Shown here in pieces: positions 13,570 through 33,496 of a stretch of 64,000 bases of DNA. Each line of letters opens with the position of its first letter. Position 1 is the first letter of the stretch. The stretch lies in NCBI RefSeq assembly GCF_008831285.2, contig NC_045138.2, forward strand, positions 32,116,001-32,180,000. The letters run 5' to 3'. A program made the position numbers and the translations under genes. Below the pieces are notes generated by a model. That model was not told the origin of the DNA. It worked only from the letters and a program-made list of their open reading frames with translations, and ran no database searches. This stretch comes from Nymphaea colorata (lineage: Eukaryota).

Positions 13570-14895
13570 GGGCCCTGTTTGATGCGCCAGGGAAAAGGAA
13601 AAGAAGACGAAGTCGTTCACAGACTTTTTCCTCATTTTTGACGATTTTTTCTCCCGGGCACATCAATCCACCAAAGTTTTTCCAAAACCCAGTGGGATGG
13701 GGAAAGACATCCTCGAAGAAAAAAATCGGACCACAAGAAGGTGTTCGACTTTTCTCCACGGAAATTCTTTTGCCCGATTCCTTTCTGCGTGCACCAATGG
13801 CTTCCGCCATAGGATCGGACGGCCCAAGCACCTCCATGCAGAGCCGCGGGCATTGCCTCCAAGCTTCATTGCCTGAGGCTGTCTTCTCATGCTGAGCGAG
13901 ACGATAAGGTTCCACAGTTGCAGCAAATGATCGGTCTTCTGATCGAGGACCGGAAATAATGCGCGACGAGGCAGGCGCCCGGTCTTCCCGTCCCGTGCTT
14001 GGCCTCCTCTCTAGGGCCACTCTGTTGCCACCGGAATTACGCGCGGCGGTTTCTCTCAACAGCAACTCTGATTCTGAAAAGGGGTGCTCCGGTAAGGGAG
14101 CCTTTCTCCCAAGAAGAACCAGGTCGATTGCAAGAAATTGCTACTTCTTTTTGTTGTCAACTCAACGAGCAATGGCCAATGTATTGTTGGCTGGGACATG
14201 GACAGCAATGTTGGCTTCCTGTTTGGAGAATGGTGACGTTGAAGGGTGCGCTGTAAGTGTTTGATGAAATGCCTGGAGGAGATACGGCTTGGAATGGCCG
14301 TCGTTTCGGATTATGTCCAGCAAACACAAATCGATTTTGGAATGAAGGGAAAAAATCTCCTGCATGAAATTTTTGTGGGCAAAAACTGGATGGAGCTTTT
14401 CCCGGGTGGATCTTCTTGTTTCTTGCATGCAATAGCTGGAGAAACCATCACGTTGAGACGAGATTCTATGAACGGTGTCAAGGTTATGGACTGAAACTCA
14501 ACCCTGCTGCATTACTCCATGATCTAGGGTAAGAACGGTGACATCGAGGATTTGATTTGGTTGCATGGTTTAGAATCTTGAGTGGTGACATCGATTATTT
14601 GGTTATTTTTCATTCAAACAAAAAATGAAGATAAATTAACTTAAATTCAAAGTCTTGGCCATTATTGTACATTAACTTAAATTCTCTTGTTTCTTTTTTT
14701 TTTATCAAATATCATTTTAATATTTTCTTCCCTTTCTGTCCATGCAGACTTTTATAATTATCTCTTTCTTTCGTATTTCTTTGATCTACTTTTCCTCCTC
14801 TTATTCAATTTTCTTTTCTTTTTCTTTTTTTTTCTTTTTTTCTTTCATTCGTTTATTTTTTTCTCTTTCTCTCCATCCAAACATCCAAACAAGGC
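13570..14895. mobile_element. Non-autonomous PIF/Harbinger-like element (right end eroded, about 14895-14980)
   Basis: Left end GGGCCCTGTTTGATG. The subterminal imperfect hairpin AAAAAATCGGACC..GTTCGACTTTT resembles that of the 27829 element. CATCCAAACAAGGC near 14882-14895; GC-rich interior. Confidence 0.55.
14190..14325 (+). pseudogene. PLS-class pentatricopeptide repeat (PPR) gene fragment
   Basis: Across two frameshifts and a stop it reads TWTAMLASCLENGDVEG/AL*VFDEMPGGDTAWN/AVVSDYVQQ. This matches the PPR consensus SWTAM..GY..NG..EEA..VFDEMP.RD.VSWNA..SGY.Q. Confidence 0.75.
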
Positions 14896-16079
14896 TAAAA
14901 GCTTTTCAGTGTGAGAATGGTTTTCAGCCATGTAAAGTTTCCGAACAAAATTGTTTCCTATAAAAATTTCACAAATATTATTAGCTTGTTAACCAAAAAA
15001 ATACCTGAATTATTTGTAATTTGAACTCGCTTTGAATTGCATCGAGTGGGAATTGAAGGGTCGAAAGTATCTACTACTGTTAAAAATGACGCAGCCCTGA
15101 CAGCTGCTGGTCAAAATGTTTAACTGTCGCTAAAAGCGCCATGCCACAGGAGTATTAGCAACAGCTTATGGTATAACAATGTTTTATTATGTTAATATTT
15201 AACCATCTGGTAACTTCTAACCGCTAATTAAATTCGATTTTCTTTTTTATAGGACTGCATTTATTATCTAATTTCTTGTTCAACCTTTCATTTATTACTC
15301 TGGCTTTTCGTCGTAAGGATTTGCAAAGCGCTCTCCTTCATAAAACTAAGCTGTTTATAATTTAAAAAGAAAGGAAAGACAAGACTCATGTTTAACATTG
15401 TCAGTAAAATATTTTATGGATTTGAAATAAGCTGATTTTGCAAATAAAGTAGATAAATATTGTGATACTTCCCATAATTTAACTAAAACCGGTGATCATA
15501 ATGTTACGGAGTTGCATATAATAAGGAAATTCAGGAATATAGTGTTATAGCCTTAATGTGATGTCTGTGGTAGGTTTCAAGCAAACAGTAGTAGTTCGAA
15601 ACCCACCTGCAAAAGACTTGATTGCTCCCCCATTTTTCCTGTGTCTGAATTGCATCGAGACATGTGTCGAGTACGATATATTCATCAACTAGAGTCTAGT
15701 GCCTACCATTTATGGTCCAAAAAAGTAGCACTTACGAAATTGAACTGTGCCTTGATCGACTAGGTATGCTAACACCATTTGAGGCGATGGCTGTGGTAGG
15801 TTAAATTGACAGTTCTAGAATGTGTTGAACCAAGACATGGAGAGATGGAGCAAAGATATTGAAACTCCAGCATTTTCATTATATATATATATATATGCTT
15901 CTTTCCTCTCTTTTTTGGAATTAAACTACATGCTCCACTTAGTGCAGTTCACTATTCATTTCTTTAAAATTACATGAACCCTGGAGACAATCTACTCAAG
16001 TTTGGTAAAACTCTTTGTGATCCCTCCTAAAAGACCATGGATTTATTCAACAAATGAGACATAAATATAGAGTACATGG

Positions 16080-25168
<9,089 letters not shown>

Positions 25169-25558
25169 CTCTCTCGCTCTGATCTTTTTCTCTCCGGCCT
25201 GCTTCGCTGCTTGGCCGACCGTCGTATGCTTCCGTTCAACACGCCCACCGATATAAAGGAAAACTTTTCCCCTTTAGCTGCCAGTTTGGCGGGGCGCGGG
25301 GACGCAGAGGTTGTGGTAGAACTTGCTTCTCTCGTGGCTTTCAGTCCACTCTGTAATAATGACTTCCTCTCTCTTTCAGATTTTTCCCTCTCTCTTTTCT
25401 TGCTACCTAACTTCGAGGCGGCGCCACAATTTTTTTATATAATTTTCTTGAAAAAGCTAGCCAGTCAAAACGTAATCCTAAATTTAAAATTTTCAAAATT
25501 TTGCAACGGATGTGGAGGTGCATGGCCATGACTGTCGCACTAAAAAAAAATATTGTAA

Positions 25559-25722
25559 GGTTCCGTTTGATGTACAATAAGTTTTGAAAAAAAAATTGGA
25601 TTTAAAAAGGTTTGACTTAAAATAAATTGGATTTAAAAAGGTTTGACTTTAATTTCTTGTGTTTGATGCTGAGAAAAAAGCAGTACAAACACTAAAAAAA
25701 ATTCTTGTACATCAAACAGGCC
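25559..25722. mobile_element. Tourist-type MITE in the ALDH upstream region
   Basis: TIRs GGTTCCGTTTGATGTACAA / TTGTACATCAAACAGGCC flanked by TAA on both sides. Internal ~30-bp tandem duplication. Confidence 0.85.
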
Positions 25723-26808
25723 TAAATGTGTTAAGTGAATTAAATCCATTTACATCAAGTTTGCGTAGCCTTTGTTGCATGACATGTGTTCGTTCGGGAA
25801 CAAGTAAGGCGACATGTGTCCAAGTCAGAGCATGGAGCCTCTTCTGCATGACATGACATGTGTCCAATCAAATTGTTTATGAGATTAAACTATTGATTCA
25901 TAAGTATCTTTCCTATGTAAGGGTAAAATGGTAAATACAAACATCAAATGACAGAATTACCCAAAACAAAACGAAGAATCCCAAAAACTGAGAACCAGGA
26001 TTTACGTTTGGCCCGGTAACTAAGCTTATGCTCATTAATGCGTTACAAGTCGGTTGCAAATTTAAATTGATTAATTTTTTCTCAATTAATATGACGGTGG
26101 GAATCTTTTAAGATGGGTCAACGTTTGCTTCCACCACAACAATGATCGACAGTCTTCATCCGTATTAATTTCGCTCGAGTCGGCGGAATTAAATGCATAT
26201 TTGAAGGCCAATTTTATGGGATTTTAAAATATACTTTTTTTTTATATAATATCCCATTTTTGAAAAGTTTAATTTTGTATTTATAATTTAATATTGTGAA
26301 GAATTGTAGAGGACTTACAAACGTGTTATTTAAGCGATTTAGCTTTGAACCAAAAACTAGGAAAGAGTTGATTCACCTAACCAAGAGCTGAGCTAGCTAC
26401 TTTTTTTTAAAGGAGTCCCTTACTTTTCCTTTCTGCTGGGATCTCAGGTCAGATGATGCACCCACCCACCTGGATAACTAGATTTGCTAACCTTTTAAAA
26501 GATTTCCCCAACCTAAATCGCATCTTTTCCATGATCTCGCTACGAGAGTCATTATTCAATTTCTTCACATGAATTTTGTGAACGACTCAATCATTCAATT
26601 TTATACACATGATTTTTGTTAGAGTATAGTGTGTGTATATATATATATATATATCATACTAATTGCCACGCATAATCATTAGCAATGGTATGGTGCAACA
26701 ATAAACATGGTTTATATATATATATATATATGATGACCCTAACTTTTAATAGTCACCCAGCCATTTGATCTTGTTAAGGATGATTACCAGAAAAATAAAC
26801 AGAAAAAG

Positions 26809-26842
<34 letters not shown>

Positions 26843-26953
26843 ATGTTTAAATATGTTCAATATCAAATGATTAGAAAAAAAAAAAAAAAAAAACTACTAC
26901 TAAAAATGGAGTTGTGATAATGTGTAATTGTTTAGGGTCATAAATAGATAGAA

Positions 26954-27010
<57 letters not shown>

Positions 27011-27014
<4 letters not shown>

Positions 27015-27443
27015 GGATGTCAATATATCCGATTTGAATCGGATATTCGACCGATCCGATCCGAAAAATCAGATATGGATAAAAATTTAATATCCGATTA
27101 AGAAATCGGATCGGATTCAGATTTAATAAATGACATTCGATAGGATTCGGATTCCGATATACATGAATATCGGATCGGATTCGGATTCGGATCGGATTCA
27201 TTTTTAGACAAATATCCTCAATCTAATACTTGAAAAATGGTAAAATCGGGTTCAAAATTCGGATTCGGATATAAATATAAAAATCAGATTCGGATCGGAT
27301 TCGGATTGTAAAGTCGGATTTCGGATTCGGATATGATTTTGCTTTATTCGAATTTGAATCCGAATTCGAATATATAGATATCCGAAAAAGCGGATATGGT
27401 TAAAAATGTATCCGATTCGAATCCGATCCGTTAACATCCATTA
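27011..27443. mobile_element. Non-autonomous hAT-like element rich in ATCCGA/TCGGAT motifs
   Basis: TIRs TAATGGATGTCAA / TTAACATCCATTA and dozens of ATCCGA/TCGGAT hexamers. It adjoins (TA)n 26958-27012. A decayed relative lies at about 20492-20730. Confidence 0.75.
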
Positions 27444-27828
27444 TTGCTAAATATTTATGACCTGACAAAATATCAAAATGAATTTTTTTGTTTATTGTAC
27501 ACTAAAAAGTGGATTTTATAAATCAGATAAGAAAAGCTAAATCACGGTTGACTAGATAAGCGGGATATTATTAGGGAAAGGAGCAATTATAAGAGCACTG
27601 AACGAAGTCAAAAAGCATTCCATATAACTATTGAAAATAAATGGGTTCGTGTGGGCAGTTGCCCATTCAATGTCCCTTTAGTCTTGATCAACAAAGTTTT
27701 TGCATAAAAAAAAGTGGGTGGGAAAGGATGGAACCCATAACATCGGCCATCGCTTTTTGTTAAGCCTGTCAAAGCTGACAACGACTTCTTTCGTGGGTCC
27801 AAAAACTTTCCTTTCTCTTTTTCCTTTA

Positions 27829-28823
27829 GGCCACGTTTGATGGCCACGAAAAACACTGTGGATGGAGGGAAAATTTTCTTTTTTGTACGGATTCAACCGG
27901 TGCCATCAAACTTAGCAAAATTTTCCCCGCTCAAAACTCGCTTCCAGGGTAAATTTACCCTGGAAAAAAGTCGGACCCTGGGGTCCGACTTTTTTCGAGC
28001 GATTTTTTTTGTAGCCGTTAGGGCTTCTTCGATGAGTTGGGGAGGGCGAGGGGGGCGACGCGAGGAAAGACAGGGTGGTGGTGGTGGCTGGGGAAGGAGA
28101 AGGAATCGGGCAGGCGGCTGGCCCCGCGCCACCATTGGCATCAAAGCGGCATCACTCCATGAACGCAAAGCATGCCTCCTCCGTCGTTAAGAAGACCATC
28201 CCTACAGAGAATGAGACCAACGGGACCAAGCCCACCTCCCCTCCTCACCAACTCTCGTAAGTCTCTCCGAACGATTGATCCAATTCTTCCTATTTCTCTT
28301 GATATTTTAGTTTCCCTTTCTGATAGTTTTTTGAATTTTTGATGCTGACAAACTTTCGCCGTCCTATTTGGGACCTCCCCTTTTCGTGGTTTTGGCCTTT
28401 CTTCCTTCCATTTAAAGGTATTGTCTTCTCCTCGTTCTGCTCTCTTGGTGGGGAAAGGACTGTCAAGAAGCTGAGATTGTCGAAAGCTTTGAGGATTCCT
28501 GAGGGGACGACGGTTTCCGATGCTTGCTGCCGGATGGCAACTCCCCGCGTTGATGCTGTTCTGCTTACCGACTCTAATGCCCCATGACACACAGTCATGG
28601 TATCAGGAGAAAGATGGTTGTTCAGCAGTAAATTTACATTTGTTCATGAAAAAATTTTCTTGCATACCAAACATGGAATATTTTACCTCGAAAAAAACAT
28701 CCAGGCTATCAAACATGGCCTGAATTAGGAAAAAGGAAAGTTTAACCAACCGTATATTTACCATGGCTTTTTTACCTGAAAAAATTCTTCCCCCTCAAAA
28801 AATCCATGCCATCAAACGTGGCC
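27829..28823. mobile_element. Non-autonomous PIF/Harbinger-type element carrying a host gene fragment (Pack-type)
   Basis: Perfect 16-bp TIRs GGCCACGTTTGATGGC / GCCATCAAACGTGGCC. TTA on the left; the right flank is TGT, so the TSD is imperfect. Internal palindrome AAAAAAGTCGGACCC-T-GGGGTCCGACTTTTTT. Subterminal TIR echoes near 27903 and 28707. No transposase. Confidence 0.85.
28111..28582 (+). pseudogene. Captured fragment of a CBS/PB1-domain gene (CBSCBSPB3-like): exon 1 part, intron, exon 2 part
   Basis: 28111-28256 reads QAAGPAPPLASKRHHSMNAKHASSVVKKTIPTENETNGTKPTSPPHQL. GTAAGT donor at 28257, then a T-rich intron. 28441-28582 reads SLGGERTVKKLRLSKALRIPEGTTVSDACCRMATPRVDAVLLTDSNA, which I recognise as the start of the first CBS domain of plant CBSCBSPB proteins. 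Confidence 0.85.
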
Positions 28824-29008
28824 TGTCTTGCTTTGGTTTACATAGTCGTGTGGTGGAGGGAAAGTTTTGTTTATAAAGGAAGCTGTTATATAATTTTCAA
28901 AATCTCTCGAGCTAAATTCAATTTTTTTGAAATTTTAATTGTAAAGTTTTGATTTTATCAAAACCACTATACATCAATTTTTCATGCATGGTGGTGATCC
29001 TTTGTAAC

Positions 29009-29312
29009 TAAGGTTGGGCAACTGGTCCGGGTGCCTAACGGGTATTTGTACCTATCCCGATCCGGCTTGGTTCGAGCAAAAAAAAATCATGCTGGCCCAC
29101 GGACTCGATTTGGCCCGGTATATTATTTAATATTATTTTATTTTAATAATAATATATATTTTATTATTGGAAAATATTTTATATCAAAATATTTTTTATT
29201 TTTAATTAGGCTGAGCCTGATTTCGGGTCTCGGGCCAGGCCCAGACTAAGTTTCGAGGTCTCAGGCTGACCCGAGCCCGACTCTTATCGAGGCCGCCCGA
29301 TGCCAAAGCCTA
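29009..29312. mobile_element. hAT-type MITE (GGCCC-rich family)
   Basis: TIRs TAAGGTTGGGCA / TGCCAAAGCCTA; perfect 8-bp TSD TTTGTAAC. Confidence 0.88.
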
Positions 29313-30559
29313 TTTGTAACCATTTCCATTTGGAAAGCCAGTTGAACACTATTTAATTAATGAAGCATAATATTATATCCAACGAGGGCAAGGGCGAATG
29401 CAATGGATAAAGTGGGGTGCAGGTAGACGGCGAGTTTTCGTTCTGAATTCATGTGACGTCAAATTTGATGTACTGAAAATAAAAGAGAGACACCGATATA
29501 CAAGTCATTCTAAGGTCATGAAAGCATGCCTAGTATTCTTGGGGATACAGGAAATGGTAAAGACTCTTTTAGCCAAATGATAGGATGAAATAATCCTATT
29601 TATTTGGAATGAAATATAATATTATAAATAATATTGCGAGTGTCATCACTGTATGGCACTATGTACCATTTTCTGTATGGCAATATGTACCATTTTCAAC
29701 TTTTTTTCAATTATGACAAACGAACTCAAAGAGCTTAAATTGGTTTTAATTGCCCACACTATTTCATAAAAGTTGTTTTATGTACATATTGATATTTCAT
29801 TAGTTTTCACTTTTTATTTACATATTAAAAATCCTTAAAATTTAAATTGTAAAATAACCATGCCCTTAAAAGCACTTTGTCAAAAGGGACACTTTAGTAG
29901 TGTTTGTATGTGCTTCAAAAAATTCATAAAACACTTGTAACAATATTGAATGAATCTATCTCAATTTTAAGGCAAATACATAAAACACTAACAAAGTGTT
30001 CCTCTTATCAAACACCTATTTATGGTCCACCATTGGCGCTAAGCAATGAGTGATGTCGGGATGGTCAAATCATAATCGGCAGCTTGGCTGAGGGCAGGGA
30101 CCACCTTCGTGAGACCAACCATTTCATTGGACCCACGTGTTGCTATATGTGCCGATGTGTCCAGGCTTGTTCCGCATCAAACCTGCTGGAGGAGACCTCC
30201 ATAAATTTTATTAATCCAACAGTGCCAAAAAAACAATATTTACAAGGGAACTAACAAAAATTGTTGCAACGATGCGTCCAGGCTTGTTGCTGTTGAATGT
30301 TTGCAAAGGCGATTTGTTCATTCATATTTTCTGGATTAAAAAAAAAGAAAGAGAAATGTTCATTTTGAAGATTTTTTTTTGTTATAATTAAGAATAAGGT
30401 TTTTTTTTATACTTTTTGTATAAGTCACTTTAAAAAAAATGTTAGAGTCAGGTGGATGCGCTTTTGCTTTTTCAATATTTTCTTTTGTGACTAAAATATA
30501 TATGTTTCTTCAAGTGGCACACTAAAATTTGATAACGATATAATATGTTTCTCTAAGTC

Positions 30560-30936
30560 CATAGTCACAAATAATGTCTTGGAGCTTTGAACAGCAAAGT
30601 TTTTTTCAAGTATAATATGGCAAGCTTGAAAAAAAAATATAGTAAATTTTTAAAAATTAAAAAAAATAAAAATAAGAAAATATAAAATAAATGAGAAACT
30701 AATAACAAAAAAATCATAAGTAGATTTGCAGCAAATAAAAATAGAAAATAAAAAAAAAAACTGTTTGACATTGAAAAGAAACTGAAAAACTTTAAAAAAA
30801 CGTGAAAATGTGTTAAAAATACGCTTTTTTTGGTTTTTAACGTTTTTTTTTAAAAAATATTTTTTAAAGTTTTAAATTGTCATTATATTTATCATGTCTT
30901 TTTGCTTTTTTTTTAAATAGGTTTCCTATGTTTATG
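30560..30936. mobile_element. A-rich hAT-type MITE copy, intergenic
   Basis: Left TIR CATAGTCACAAA and body colinear with 21069-21391; right end eroded. Confidence 0.7.
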
Positions 30937-32568
30937 GGTAATAGTAAAAACAAAAAAAAGTTGTCGGTATCTTAAGGTATGTAAAAGGTTAACAATTTAC
31001 CAGAGTAAAAAGAAGCCAAAAGGCCGCGCCCCCTTCCCCTTCCCTAGAAGTGGTGGGTTGTGTTGGGCATGAGTGGGGTATCGTACATCTATCAAATAAA
31101 GTATTGTCATACCTACCACTTATAATATATGAGATTAGCTCTTACCATAACCAAAATGACCATGCACTTTTTATGTGATCGTCCGCCCAACCAACAATGC
31201 TATGTCCCTTGAAGCATGTTGACAATGTAATTTTTTTCCGTTTAATAAAAGTTTACTCTAAAGTTTATGATCTTAATTAACATTTTCTTACAGAAAGTAT
31301 GGCTCTTATTAAAAGGACACAACAAATATCATTTCTTTTTGAAAATGGCAGGCAATAATAGGCCCAAGAAAAGAAATTTCTCAAGAAAAAAGACATATAG
31401 TCTTTTGAAGTTTATGATAATATTTCGAATAAATAAAAATAAAGAATAAAAATAACTTTGGTCATCGGTCTGTGAGCGCCTTTTTTGACCAATGTTTTGT
31501 TGGGATATTTTTGCTGCAAAATAAAAGTATATGCACTTGTCCATGTACCTTTCGCCATTGTGCTCCCAAAAAGCAATGGGCCCATAAATCTTGAATTCAT
31601 TTCATCCTTTGGATTCAATCTGAAGTTGATTGAAAATTGACAAGTGACTGTATCCAAAAATTCAACATGTAGGTTACAAATATGTGGAAATTGGTCGGCC
31701 CCAAACCATTTCATTTTTTGTTAAAAAAATGTTTTGAACAAAACAAAAACATCCTTATATGTTTATAAAAAACTATGTTCAGAACCAAACACGCTTTAGT
31801 TTAAGTACAATTATATTTCGATGTTATATGAGGTGTTCAATTTTACTTATTATAAAAGTACAATTATATTTAAAACTTGATTAACTTAATATATGTTTCT
31901 CATCAAGTTATTCTTAAGATCATATCTGTAAAGTCAGATTGCAAAAAAATACACCATGATAGTTGCACTTAAGTAGTCCGGTTTTTGTCTTCGACCTCCT
32001 GATCTAGGACCTGATTATTAAAAGCAAAAGTTACCATTCAATTATATATATAATATATATATACATATATATCATTCATCCATCTAACCAAAGCCATATG
32101 ATTGCTTGAAATGGGTTTTCTCCTAGGATAGTGTTATGCCAACTTGGTTGGAAGCTTCTGAGTTCATGGATTCTGTCGTGAACTGCTGAAGAAGGGTTGA
32201 AGAAGGTGGATGCATCCATGGATGTCGTGTTCAACCCATGGTGAAGGAAAGAAATTTCAACAAAGACGGAGAGACCTCCAATGGTTGGTGGAACACATAC
32301 TGTTGGATTATGCTATGAAGTCAAAATTCTAATTTAATTTGGTTTCACAAGAGACTACCTAATCCACATGCTTTGCACAAGGATCCAAATCTACCAGATG
32401 TAACACCTTGTTTGATTGCTAAAGATTAATAAATATATATATATGTTGTCCAAAAGCATCATAAGTCATTGCTAAAAGTGTAACATGAACTGTTGTCGCA
32501 CCATAAACTATTGTTAAAGCTTACATGAAATTGACAGTTTTTTTTTTTTAACTTCTAACTAGTAAGCA

Positions 32569-32582
32569 ACACACACACACAC

Positions 32583-32632
<50 letters not shown>
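32569..32632. repeat. Compound (AC)n(AT)n(AG)n microsatellite
   Basis: Directly visible in the sequence. Confidence 0.9.
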
Positions 32633-33297
32633 CGCCTCTTAGAATCCTGGTAACCCTAGTAACAGAGGTATCTTTTTGTTGAATGTCTGTGGTGAGTATT
32701 CAGCGAGGAGAGAGATCCACTATGGCCAAAATGTTAAGATTGTGGTTGTTAAGATCTAGTTTTCATGTTATAATCATAAAATATAAGATCCCAATTTCCA
32801 TTGCTTTCCAAAATGCATTACTGATATGCCTTAGCATGCACCAGGCCATGTTGAGCAAGAAAATTAAATTTAGAAATTACTATAAGTATTATTGTAATGC
32901 AAATATCCGCCGATACTGGGCTGATATTGAGCAAAGCGACCAAAATTCAGAAACGCCCGAGCGTCATTAATGGTGAGGGGTGGATGCAATGTTATATTAG
33001 TCACAAAGGCCAATTTAGATTTTGATAGATATTGTTAGGATTCATGTTCTTTCGCATGTGCATAAAACTATTATTTATTAAGTTATTTTTTCCTGTTCTT
33101 TCACTTCATAGGGTGTTCAAGAATTGATCCTAAAATTCATTTAGTTAGAGAAACATGTTGAAATTGATCATTTATTCTCATGTTTAAATAGATGCTTTTT
33201 AAAGAACAGGTTTATATAATACCAAAAACTGCCAAAAACTGGGAGCCAAACACTAGTGTCTTTTGTGAACTTCCGTTGAAAAGCTGGTTCCCAGCAA

Positions 33298-33496
33298 CAG
33301 GGGTGGAGCGAGAGTTTTTTTCAGGGGGTAGGCCACATGGTCCAACGACCTTATTCGGGTATGGTCAAACTAAACTCGAATCTGAAAAATATATTAAGCA
33401 ACTAAAAATTTTTAATTTTTTTAATGTAAATTTTTCTTTTTCAATTAGCTCGGGTGGAGCTACAGCCTAAGCGGTCCCCCCCTCCCTCCTCCTTTG
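33298..33496. mobile_element. hAT-type MITE, same family as 16704-16896, opposite orientation
   Basis: Aligns by eye end-to-end with the reverse complement of 16704-16896. TSD CCCAGCAA / CACAGCAA. Confidence 0.8.

Noticed and set aside
13400..14065. 221-aa minus-strand ORF and overlapping ORFs upstream of RTEL1
   Set aside because: It crosses promoter, TIR and cargo boundaries, has no recognisable domain, and long ORFs are expected by chance in GC-rich DNA.
26938..27437. IRIRI-type ORFs and CRISPR- or satellite-like appearance
   Set aside because: These are translations of ATCCGA hexamers in a TIR element. There is no repeat-spacer structure and the context is eukaryotic.
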